Shown: piece by piece, positions 13,028 through 30,564 of the stretch | Layout of the letters: every line of letters begins with the position of its first letter | How positions within the stretch are numbered: the stretch's first letter is position 1 | Assembly: GCF_006345805.1 (NCBI RefSeq) | Contig: NC_043005.1 | Span: 93,000,001 to 93,064,000, forward strand | Source: Octopus sinensis | Lineage: Eukaryota | Length of the DNA: 64,000 nt | Direction: 5' to 3' | Program-made: the position numbers and the translations under genes | The notes under the pieces: model-generated | What the model was told of the DNA's origin: nothing | The model's input: only the letters and a program-made list of their open reading frames with translations | The model's database searches: none

Positions 13028-13620
13028 ATTAATAGTAATTTTTATTGACTTTTTGTAGGGTTATAATTTTATGAACTGAACTGTGTGTTTTTTTATTATT
13101 TTTTTATGTATATATGTCTGATTTAAATTTAAATGTGAGTGTGCATATATTTTCCTTGAGGTTAGTTATGGAACTAGGAGTCCAATATGTAAAATAACTG
13201 TGTTTGTTAATGCATATTGATATATTTTGTTTATTTTGTATTATTGTATTAATGTGTATATATATATGTGTAGTATTATGAGTGTCTATGCACACATTTT
13301 TATATTTTATATTTTTATATTTATATGTAAAAAATTTTTTTCACACTTATATTAAATTAAATTCTCTGAAGAGGCCGTGGGACATCCTTGTTAAGGTCTC
13401 ATTTATACCTGCCTTATATGGCTTATATGTTAAATGAGGCATACTTGTCCTCACGGCCGAAACAGCTGTCAGATATGATATAATTATATTTTATATTTCT
13501 ATTTCCTTGTCTAATTATATTAACAATATATTTTGTATAATGTCTTTGCTGTTATGTAATGGTGTAATAAAGTATTGATTGGGTATTATCTGATGGTTGA
13601 TGTTTGATTGATTTAAGTAT
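10811..13620 (+). mobile_element. Putative non-autonomous Penelope-like (hammerhead-bearing) element, ORF-less
   Basis: About 2.8 kb T-rich segment with no recognisable SINE and several retained CpGs. It ends in a hammerhead motif followed by aataaa (about 13566) and is flanked on both sides by TA/TATG tracts. Boundaries are inferred. Confidence 0.45.
13363..13473 (+). ncRNA. Type I hammerhead ribozyme, minimal Penelope-like type with extended stem II
   Basis: tct-CTGAAGA(13366-13372)-ggccgtg/ggac...gtcc-t-cacggcc-GAAA(13459-13462)-C-agct-GTC(13468-13470)-aga. The catalytic core is complete, stem I is tct/aga, and stem III is the palindrome ACAGCTGT. Confidence 0.8.
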
Positions 13621-13621
13621 G

Positions 13622-14878
13622 TTTCTCCATTTTCTAATTTGTATGTATATATATGTATATGTATATATATGTATGTATATGTATATATATTATATATATA
13701 TATTATATATATATGTATATAGTATATATAATATATGTATATATATATATATATATATGTATATGTATATGTATATATATATATATATGTATATGAGATA
13801 TATATGTATATATATATATATATATGATATATATATGTATATGATATATATATGTATATGTATGTATATATGTATATGTTAATATGTAAGTATGTATATA
13901 TATATGTTATATATACGTGTAGATATATATGAATATATATGTGTATGGATGTATATATATGTATATATATATATACGTGTATATATATATATGAATATAT
14001 ATATATATATATACGAGTATATATATATGAATATATATATATATATACGAGTATATATATATGTATATATATATATATACGAGTATATATATATGAATAT
14101 ATATATATATATACGAGTATATATATGTATATATATATATATACGAGTATATATATATGTATATATTATATATATCGAGTATATATATATATAATGTATT
14201 CTATATATATATATACGTGTATATGTATAGTATATATATGTATATGTATATACGTGTATATGTATATATGTATATATATGTATATGTATATGTATATAGT
14301 ATATATTATATGTATATATGTGTATATGTATATATATATGTGTATATGTATATATATGTCTATATGTATATATATATATTATATATATATTATATATATG
14401 TATATGTATATATATGTAGATATGGTCTATGTATATGTATATATATATATAAGATATGTGTATATGTATATGTATATATATAGATATGTGTATATGTATA
14501 TGTATATATATGTAGATATGTGTATATGTATATGTATATATATGTAGATATGTGTATATGTATATGTATATATATGTAGATATGTGTATATGTATATGTA
14601 TATATATGTAGATATGTGTATATGTATATGTATATATATGTAGATATGTGTATATGTATATGTATAAGTATATGTAGATATGTGTATATGTATATGTATA
14701 TATATGTAGATATGTGTATATGTATATGTATATATATGTAGATATGTGTATATGTATATGTATATATATGTAGATATGTGTATATGTATATATATGTAGA
14801 TATGTATATATGTATATGTATATATATGTATATATATATGTTTATATATATGTATATATATATATGTTTATATATATG
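13622..14878. repeat. 1.26 kb TA/TATG tract with higher-order units (atacgagtatatatatatgaatat.. at about 13960-14180; ~32 bp gtagatatgtgtatatgtatatgtatatatat at about 14480-14810)
   Basis: Seen directly in the sequence. Confidence 0.95.
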
Positions 14879-14879
14879 A

Positions 14880-15287
14880 TTTTTGATTTTGATTTTTGAT
14901 TTTTCCAGTTTCAGCTAATGAGCTGTGGCCATGCTGGGGCACCGCCATTTGGTGTTGCTACTTGGTTTCACTTCATGAAGGCTTTCTAGCAGCTGCTATT
15001 TGGTGCATGAGAGAGTTCGATGCAGCTGCCCTCATCTGCCCCTCCTGCCGTGAAGTTGGTTCATCTGGGACACCTGACAGGAAGAGATCCAGCTTCATTT
15101 TAAAGACATCTGTATCCACCCCATGCAGGTCTCTCAGGTTCTTCGGGAGGATATTGAAGAGCTGTGGGCCTCGGAAGCCCAGGCTTTCACAGAATCTTGT
15201 CCTACATCTTGATGGCAAGTTTGGAGTCCTAGGCACCACGCAGTGGCGACCAGTTCTGGCATTTGCGTAACTCTCGATGCCAATGTT
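14880..15287 (-). mobile_element. CR1/L2-group LINE 3' fragment with intact 3' tail
   Basis: Minus-strand ORF ..[66 protein letters not shown].. is a typical non-LTR RT C-terminus; the tail ends in (ATCAAAA)n-like repeats. Confidence 0.88.
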
Positions 15288-22097
<6,810 letters not shown>

Positions 22098-22422
22098 ATT
22101 AAACCTCTTCTCCCTAGAGCGGAGGCGGGAGAGATATGCGGTGATATACATCTGGAAAATCCTGGAGGGTCTTGTCCCAAACTTTGGCATTAAAAGTTAC
22201 TCTAACCGCAGAACGGAGCGCCACTGCATGGTGCCAAGGATTCCAACATCACCATCAAAATACAGGTCCAGATACTGCAACAGCTTGGGTTTCAGAGGAC
22301 CACAGCTCTTTAACATCCTCCCTAAATGCCTGAGAGACTTACATGGTGTGGATGTGGGTTTCTTTAAAACTAAGCTGGATCTCTTCTTGTTGGGAGTCCC
22401 AGATGAGCCTACCTCACGACAG
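22098..22422 (+). mobile_element. CR1/L2-group LINE fragment, same family as 14880-15287, uninterrupted frame, 3' tail missing
   Basis: [48 protein letters not shown]...[46 protein letters not shown]. Confidence 0.9.
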
Positions 22423-22617
22423 GAGGTAGGTTCATCTGGGACTCCCGACAAGAAGAGATCCAGTTTAGTTTTAAAGAAACCCACATCCACACCATGTATG
22501 TCTCTCAGGCATGTTGCATTATCTGGGCCTGTATTTTGATGGTGATGTTTGAATCTTTGGCACCATGCAGTGGCGCCCCGTTCTGCGGTTGGGGTAACTT
22601 TGTATTCCAAAGTTTGG
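22423..22617 (-). mobile_element. Inverted copy of the adjacent LINE fragment (fold-back arm) with a ~45 bp internal deletion
   Basis: Reverse complement aligns to 22177-22415 with about 14 substitutions (counted by eye). Confidence 0.9.
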
Positions 22618-23352
22618 ACCTAAGAAGCATTAGTTGTGGTGTGCAAGAGAGACGTTTGTGCTGGTATGGTCATGTGACGAGAATGGCTGAAGATAGTTGT
22701 GTGAAAAAGTGCCACACCCTAGCAGTTGAGGAAACCTGTGGAAGAGGTACACCCAGGAAAACCTGGGACGAGTTGGTGAAGCACGACCTTCGAACTTTAG
22801 GTCTCACCACTAAATGACTAGTGACCGAGACCTATGGAAATATGCTTTGCATGAGAAGACCTGGCAGGACAAGTGAGACCATAACCCATGGCCTCTACCT
22901 GGGATGTAGCCAGTCGACTTATGCATACCTTTCATTCTTGGGACACAAAACTTTACTTGTGAAGACCTGTTGAGGCAAGTGAAAATCAGAACCAAAATCG
23001 AAGTTGATCAACATAAATGGAAATTGCAGCTATGATACTAGTGCCGGTGGCACGTAAAAAGCACCATCCGATCGTGGCCGTTGCCAGCCCCGTCTGGCCC
23101 TTGTGCCGGTGGCACGTAAAAAGCACCATCCGACCATGGCCGTTTGCCAGCCCCGTCTGGCACCTTTACCGGTGGCACATAAAAAACACCCACTACACTC
23201 ACGGAGTGGTTGGCATTAGGAAGGGCATCCAGCCGTAGATACATTGCCAGATCAGACTGGGCCTGGTGCAGCCTTCTGGCTTCCCAGACCCCAGTTGAAC
23301 CGTCCAACCCATGCCAGCATGGAAAGCGGACGCTAAATGATGATGATGATAT
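22609..23352 (+). mobile_element. RTE-clade LINE 3' fragment
   Basis: LDLRSISCGVQERRLCWYGHVTRMAEDSCVKKCHTLAVEETCGRGTPRKTWDELVKHDLRTLGL, then a 3' UTR and (GAT)n tail; same family as 8441-9326. Confidence 0.92.
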
Positions 23353-23359
23353 ATGTATG

Positions 23360-23427
<68 letters not shown>

Positions 23428-23464
23428 CACACACACACACACACATATACTAATATATATATGT

Positions 23465-23690
23465 GAAGGCACTTGACCTAGTGGTTAGAGCAGCGGACTC
23501 GCGATCGAGGGATTGCGGGTTCGAATCTCAGACCTGGCGATGTGTGTGTTAATTAGCGAAATACCTAAGCAATAAAAACCTTCCAAAACAATCACATGAG
23601 TCTGGTGTAGGCTTCTGTGTGACTGGCTCCCGTCAAACTGTCCCATCCCTGTTTGTGTGGATGGTAGATGTTAAAGAATGATGATGATAT
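23465..23690 (+). mobile_element. tRNA-headed SINE with RTE-like tail
   Basis: gacctagtggttagagcagcggactcgcgatc..gggttcgaatctc A/B boxes; ends gatgttaaagaatgatgatgat. Confidence 0.6.
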
Positions 23691-23703
23691 GTGTGTATAT
23701 ATA

Positions 23704-23737
<34 letters not shown>

Positions 23738-24049
23738 CACACTCATGTTTACATATATACACACACACACACGTCTGTGTGTGTGTATATCTGTGTGTTT
23801 GTGTATATAGCTATATATATATATGCGTGTATGTGTGTATTTCTATATGTGTGTCTGTGTGTGTGTTTGTATATATGTATATACATATATATGTGTGTGT
23901 ATATGTGCATTTGTATATACGTATATATATGTTTGTATATATAGATGCATATATAAGTTTATGTATATGTTATTTACAATAAAGAAATTGTGTCAGTGCA
24001 AAACCATACCCACATGCATGTATGCGTGCACATACACACGTCCACAAAT

Positions 24050-24445
24050 ATATTATTGGTTCAGAACTTTGCTTCCAGTCGCATGAGTTTCAGCTTTGTA
24101 CCACTGCATGGTACCTTGGGTAAGTGTCTTCTACTTTAGCCCTGGGCTAACCAAGTCCTTGTGAGTGGATTTGGCAGACGAAAACTGAAAGAATCTCATC
24201 ACATATAAATACGTATGAACGTGTGTGTGTGTATTCTTCAAATCTTGTGATAGTTGTAAATGAGTGTCACTGTCATACAAGCAGTCATTTACTTCCAGTC
24301 TTCTGCAAAAACATGTCTGGTGATGGGGAAATACTTACAAATGAGAGTTCATGGCAGGAAGGGTGTCTGGTTATAGAAAATCTGCTTCAGTCCAACTCCA
24401 TCTGACCCATATGGATATGGGAAAATCTACATTAAAATGATGATA
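24050..24445 (+). mobile_element. CORE-type SINE with RTE-like tail
   Basis: ccttgggtaagtgtcttctactttagcc core; gtgagtggatttggcagacgaaaactgaaag; ends acattaaaatgatgat. Confidence 0.75.
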
Positions 24446-25064
24446 GAAAGAAAAGCAAATCTCTAAAAGCAAAATATTGATAAACAGATGTACAGAAATG
24501 TTGAAGTGTTCAAATTAAAGATTCAGAAAGGTAAAGCCTTCAACCTAAGCTGTCTCTTTCAGAACAACATTATTAAAAATACATGAAAGGATAAAGGAAG
24601 GAATAAGAAGTTGATCATTGAAAGAAGATTAGTTTGGTAACAGGGAATAGATATATTTTAATGAAAAAGTGTCTTTGGCTCTATTAATTCTCCAGTAGCC
24701 ATGTAAGATTTAATCTGGTCTAACAGATCTTAACCACTTTTAGTTTTAAGGATGGACACACAGCTCTCTTTCTAAAGCGCATTATCTTTTTATATCTGTT
24801 TTTATAACATCTAAAAGTGTTTTCATAATGATTTAGTGAGAATGTTTTAATATTTAGAGTAAATGGGTGTTGTAGATCACCAAATAGGAAGCATAGTGTC
24901 TATTAAGTGTCCATACATTATTTCCATTAACCCTTTGTTACGCTCCTCTCTTAAGACCTTCCCTGGTTTTGTGATGCACATTTCCTGCTTTATAATTATC
25001 CACATCTAAAGCCTTCTATCAAAATTGCATGATGAATAATTATGTTCCAAACACCAGTTTAATT

Positions 25065-25215
25065 ATTCTTTCTTTGGCACAAGGCTGTCAATTTTAAGGG
25101 GAGAGAGCAAGTTGATTACGTCAGCCCCAGGATTTGATGAAAGGCAAAGCTGGCCTCAGCAGAATTTGAACACAGAGCATAAAGAACTGAAAAGAAATAC
25201 CACTAAAATATTTAT
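25065..25215 (-). mobile_element. Meta/MESC-type SINE, degenerate
   Basis: gatgaaaggcaaagctggcctcagcagaatttgaacacagagc is the reverse complement of the family body. Confidence 0.6.
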
Positions 25216-25250
25216 AATTCCATCCATGGATCATTATTATTATCCTCATT

Positions 25251-25465
25251 AAGGCAGTGAACTGGTAGAATCGTTAGCACGCTGGGCAAAATGCTTAGCG
25301 CTATTTCATCAGTCCTTATGTTTTAAGTTCAAATTCTGCCTGGTTGACTTTGCCTTCAGGGTCGATGAATTAAAGTACCAGTGAAACACTAGGATTGATG
25401 TAATTGACCTACTCCCTCCCCCTTAATTTCAGGCCTTGTGCTTATAGTTGAAACGATTATTACTA
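25251..25465 (+). mobile_element. Meta/MESC-type SINE
   Basis: aaggcagtgaactggtagaatcgttagcacgctgggcaaaatgcttagc head; gttcaaattc B-box; gggtcgatgaattaaagtaccag. Confidence 0.8.
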
Positions 25466-25482
25466 TATATATATATATATAT

Positions 25483-25735
25483 CATCATCATCATCATCAT
25501 TATTTAGCGTCCGCTTTCCATGCTAACATGGGTTGGACAGGTCGACCGGGGTCTGGAAAGCCAGACTGGCTTCACCAGGCTCCAGTCTGATCTGGCAGTG
25601 TTTCTACAGCTGGATGCCCTTCCTAATGCCAACCACTCCGTGAGTGTAGTGGGTGCTTTTTATGTGCCACCGGCACAGGGGCCAGAGGAGGCTGGCAACG
25701 GCCACGATCAGTTGGTGCTTTTTACGTGTCATAGA
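25483..25735 (-). mobile_element. RTE LINE 3' UTR fragment
   Basis: catcatcat..tttagcgtccgctttccatgctaacatgggttggac; tttctacagctggatgcccttcctaatgccaaccactcc. Confidence 0.88.
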
Positions 25736-25851
25736 TGTAAACATCTATGACTATCAACTGAAACTAGTAGATACATGGCAATAACTTTGCAAGTGAAAGA
25801 GATTTTTTTTTGACTGATGTAGAAATGTCAACTGTTGGTTAAATAAACTTT

Positions 25852-25965
25852 GAGTGGCTGTGTGGTAAATAGCTTGCTTACTAACCACATGGTTCCAGGT
25901 TCATTCTCACTGTGTGACAGCTTGGGCAAGTGTCTTCTACTATAGCCTCGGACCGACCAAATAAT
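25852..25965 (+). mobile_element. CORE-type SINE head
   Basis: ggctgtgtggtaaatagcttgcttactaaccacatggttccaggttc..cttgggcaagtgtcttctactatagcctcgg. Confidence 0.8.
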
Positions 25966-26044
25966 CCTTATTACTATAAGCAGAAGGCCTGAAATTTGGG
26001 GGAGGAGATAGTTGATTATGTCAACCCCAGTGCTTGACAGGTAA

Positions 26045-26418
26045 TATATCGTGGCACTCCATCAGTTGTGACAACAAGGGTTCCAGTTGATCTGATCAAC
26101 CGAACAGCCTGCTCTTGAAATTAACATGCAAGTGGCTGAGCACACCGAGCACGCCACAGACACGTGTACCCTTAACATAGTTCTCAGGGAGATTCAGCAT
26201 GACACAGAGTGTGACAAGGCTGGCCCTTTGAATTACAGGCACAACAGAAACAGGAATTAAGAGTGAGAGAAAGTTGTGGTGAAAGAGTACAGCAGGGTTT
26301 GCCACCACCCCCTGCCGGAGCCTCATGGAGCTTTAGGTGTTTTCTTTCAATAAACACTCATAATGCCTGGCCTGAGAATGGAAACCATGAGTCCGCTGTC
26401 TTAAACACTGGGCCATAG
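26045..26418 (-). mobile_element. tRNA-headed SINE, family shared with 49663-49945 but with a different 3' part
   Basis: Reverse complement contains ctaaagctccatgaggctccggcagggggtggtggcaaaccctgctgtactc..caactttctctcactctt, as at 49748-49825. Confidence 0.75.
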
Positions 26419-28350
26419 CGCCTCCACACACACACACACACACACACACTAATACCACTTTGTCCAACACACTAATGATTCTGCCAATACATTTTTACCA
26501 GAATTTATTGTAAAATTGCAGTGTATTTTAGAAAAAATTTAGTAATCAAAGAGTTTGTGTGGTGTGACATTGTAGGAATGAGATTTATTGGTAAATTGCT
26601 GGGACTAAAAATTTCCTTCTTTCTATAAACCTTCATATCTTTAACCAATATGGTCAACTGGATTTAATTTTGATTATATTTAAATTTAGAACTGTGAGCT
26701 AACGCACTAGTTGCTGTGATAGGGGTTATATCAATAAACCATTGCTTCTCTCGGTCCCTAATTATTAATAATTGGAACACATAGCAGAGGCAAATTCTCT
26801 GGAGACGTGGAAGCAACTGGATTGGATGTAGTATTTTTTACACAACACCAATAATTGTACACATCATTGATAAAGTGAGTGTAATAGCTATATATATATA
26901 TATATTGACATTGTGCTATATATATGACCCTTTATAATGTCAGTATATGATGTACCTTCATTAAAAAAAAGAAAAAAAAGCAACAAAAAAGCATAAAATA
27001 CTCATCAGCTTCAAGGAGACCACAATGCATGCTGTATGGATGTCACACCTCGAAGAACATTCGAGGGATCCTGAAATTTGAATTGTAACATTTTATTCAC
27101 TGAATTCAATTTATTATTGAGTTTTCAAATCAATTATCTGGCTCATGTTTTGCCTTGGGCTGAAATGTGTTTCATATTGCTAAGCAGATGACTAATGTGT
27201 ACCTCGCATAATCAAACTGACAAACCTCAACAGTTGTGGGTACTTTGCATCTGGACAGATAAACATTAAATGTGAATTCTCATTTGGAGAAAATCTCTCA
27301 TGACTACAATGTTATGAAGACAACCATCAGGGAAGTGGAAGACCGTATTTTGCATCATGAGGTCTACTAGTTCTTAGCTCCCAAAGGGCAGCTAGGCTTC
27401 TAATTCCTTGCAAAAAGGGCCTCCACTATTTTTGTAGAATCAACACCAATCTTACCACATTTGAATGGCCTCTAAAGGTTATTGATTTCTGTATGAAGTG
27501 TTATTGTTGTAAAACATTTTGAAAGTCACTTAATTTCTCTATGATGTCTTTTCTCTCTACCTTTTCTATTGCGTTTGGTCCTTTTGGAACTTTGCTGGTT
27601 TCCTCACATCTACTCAGCTTCTTCTGATTCACTTATGCCGTTTCCTTCTGCTACTCATGTTGTATCCACAATCCTTCATACCAACAACCCTCTGGAATTC
27701 CCTCCAAGAGGAACATTAACCATGTTGATCTTCCATTCTCAGAGAGCCTATGATGGCAATGGCCACAACCTGAACAATCCAATACAGTAACCAAACAACT
27801 ACTTTAGCCATCATTCGCAAGTCAGTATAACCTGGTTGCACTAATTAGGTACCAATGTAGTCAGAGTCCAGCATCAAGGATCAATGACATCTGGAGGGAA
27901 GGTTGTATCATTATTTAGAGTGATCCCCATTTTTCTTATCTTGGTAGACTGGAGTAGCATGAAAGGAAGTGCCTTGCTGAAAGTGACAATGTATCATTTG
28001 GTCTAGGAGTCCTGAGATTATGACTGTGAGTCCTGACCACTGGGCTACATGCCTTCCTTACCCTTCTCTCAATCTGAAAGTCAACTAAAATCTTGACCCT
28101 TTCGTTACCATATTTCTGCTTTGTGTCAATTAATTTTGAAAATAAAGTATTTAGTAAAACAAATTTGTCATTCTTATTCTGGTGTTTGGAATATAAATTA
28201 ACGATAAGGTTTGATGGAAGGCTTTAATTTAGGCCACTTTAAAACAAGTTTGTACGATAGAGCCAGGGGTCAGCCTCAGGTAAATTGATGCCAAAAGGGC
28301 CGAAGCTGGTCCCATTGTCTTTTTTATTGCTTTTTAATAGTTTCTTTTAG

Positions 28351-28449
28351 ATATTCTGCTTTTGTCAAGTACATGGCTTCGAAACAAACTAAATTTTGCC
28401 TCTGTTGATATAATTAGACCAACTGAAAACTTCATTGAATTTACTGCAG
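28351..28449 (+). CDS. Candidate 99 bp internal coding exon, (D)ILLLSSTWLRNKLNFASVDIIRPTENFIEFTA; product unknown
   Basis: Acceptor ttttaatagtttcttttag, donor gcag|gtaaaa, only one open frame (phase 1-1); phase-compatible with the next candidate. Confidence 0.5.
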
Positions 28450-28752
28450 GTAAAATTCCGTGTTTATGCTTCAGTATTTGCTTGTTTATTTACTTTGATG
28501 CATTTTGTAAATGCAGTTCACTGCATCAACTTGCATTCGGAGCTAGTTGCAAATTCATTATTAATGATAGTGCAACGTTACAGATTTTAGTATCACTCTC
28601 AAAATATAAATCAATTTTCTATAATTGGTTTGTTCAGGAATATTGAAACAGCTCTAAAAACAAAACCACAACAATTGTTCACGATATTTTTATCACCAAG
28701 CTGAATCTGAAAATAGATTTTCTCACACATACTAGAAATATTTCTATTTCAG

Positions 28753-28769
28753 ACTATTGGGAATTTTAA
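28753..28769 (+). CDS. Candidate terminal coding exon, (D)YWEF*
   Basis: Acceptor atatttctatttcag; G|AC TAT TGG GAA TTT TAA continues the 28351 exon frame across a 303 bp intron. Confidence 0.4.
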
Positions 28770-29149
28770 CCAATGAAGAAGTCAAATATTTCTGGAATGA
28801 TTCTTTTTTATTTTTGCTGATATTTTTGCATCTGATTTTACTGCTTTTGGTTTTTTTTCCTCTCTCTCTCTTTTTTTTTTTTTTTTTTCCCCACAATTTG
28901 GATTGTTCAGTGTATTCAGATGTTTTCATAATTCCTTAGGAACAGATCTTGCACTTTCTCACTCTGTTCAATTATTTACTATAAGAATGTGAAATCTTTT
29001 ACTTTTTGTTCCTGTCCAACTGTACCAAGTCATAGACTTTTCTTAGGTCGAATTTCACCCCTTTTCACAAATGATCTTTTAAATCAGTTGACCAAAACTT
29101 TGCTCACAACCCTTTTTAGGAAGCCAAAACTAGTGGAAGGGAGGAATTT

Positions 29150-29470
29150 GAACCATGGACCCAAAACCTGGCTTCCAAAAGAATAAATTCCAAAAGGCAC
29201 CTGAATACCAGGTGGGATGTTAAACTGGGCAATGAGTTGAGTCTGCCATCCAAATAAGTCATGGTGGGATTGCAAATTAAGAATGCAACAAGCTGGAACA
29301 AATACTGAAAGGCATTGTCTGCGAATTACCTGCTTTAGCTTGGTACTTTTTTATCAACCCTGGACAGGATGAAAGGCAAAATTGACTTTGGCAAGATTTG
29401 AACTCAGAGCACAGAGAATCAGAACAAATACCATGTAGCATTCTGTTTGACATGTTAATAACTCTGCCAA
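29150..29470 (-). mobile_element. Composite SINE remnants (family also at about 43830-43960 and 59040-59200), followed by a Meta-type piece
   Basis: Shared ctgccatccaaataagtcatggtgggat motif in three places; gaaaggcaaaattgactttggcaagatttgaactcagagc. Confidence 0.55.
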
Positions 29471-30002
29471 TTCAGTGTACAAAATATTAAAAACTTGTCA
29501 TTGTCAACACACTCACTTAGCCATATAACATACAAATACATACACATACATCCATGTATGTTGTATAAGCATACTTCTATAACATACAAACACTCACCCA
29601 TTCCTATCCCTGTATGTCCTACATTCCCATATGTTGTACTAATAACCTATCTATATACACCTGTATATAAATGAGCTTTACTATCATTATAATAGATTTT
29701 AGAAAAAGAAACTCTATTCAATTTTAAATTAAATGGCCAAAAATAAATACTTTACTGTGCATTCACTTGGTTCCTATGAAAAGAATTATTGAATTGTTCC
29801 ATTTTGTTGTTGTTGCTGCTGCTGTTGCTGATGATGATGATGTTACATTGGCTGCTCGAAAACTTTTCGAAGGTTTGAGTTCAGTTTTGCAAAAATGCTT
29901 ATTTCATTCTTGACTGATATTTGCTTTTAAGGTTGTTGTTAAGCTCTGATCAAGCATGGCCTGTGATCAAAATGTATTCCATATAATGTGCGTATGTTGA
30001 AT

Positions 30003-30300
30003 GTGAGGACACATGGTCTAGTGGTTAGGGTGTTGCACTCAAGACTGTGAGATCGTGGTTTCAGTTCCTAGACTGGGTGGTGCTTTGTGTTCTTGAATAA
30101 ACATACTTCATCTTGTGTTGCCCTTTGATCACTTCTCTACCTGTGTGGCACACATCATGCCCCAATTAAGACAATATCGATTTGATGGAGGGAGTGAGCT
30201 AATGTGTTGCACAAACATTTGATCACAATAAGCAAATCATTTGTGCTGGTTGTTCGGCAAAAGCTGAATGCTCACGTGTTGCCTTGGACGCAAGAGTCCA
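30003..30300 (+). mobile_element. tRNA-headed SINE
   Basis: catggtctagtggttagggtgttgcactc..gtggtttcagttcc..tgtgttcttg; same head type as 3958. Confidence 0.6.
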
Positions 30301-30564
30301 TCTTATATAATCAGAGACTATATCATTCAGTGTGTTCTTTCTTTTTTGAGTATGGTATAACTTGAAAGAGATTGGCTGCTATTTCTCTTAGGTGGAGTGG
30401 CAATGTCCATGCACCCGCATTGACTGTTTCTTCTTCTCAGTGGATAACCCTAAAAAAAAAAAGAGGAAAAAAAAATGACATATCAACCTCATTATATTTC
30501 ATTTACTGTGGGCGAACTTCATTGGTTTATTAAACCTTATTAACCCTTGAACTGTATAATCAAA

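Noticed and set aside
14470-14810. Regular ~32 bp repeats resembling a CRISPR array
   Set aside because: The units are contiguous with no unique spacers, lie in eukaryotic microsatellite, and no cas genes are present.
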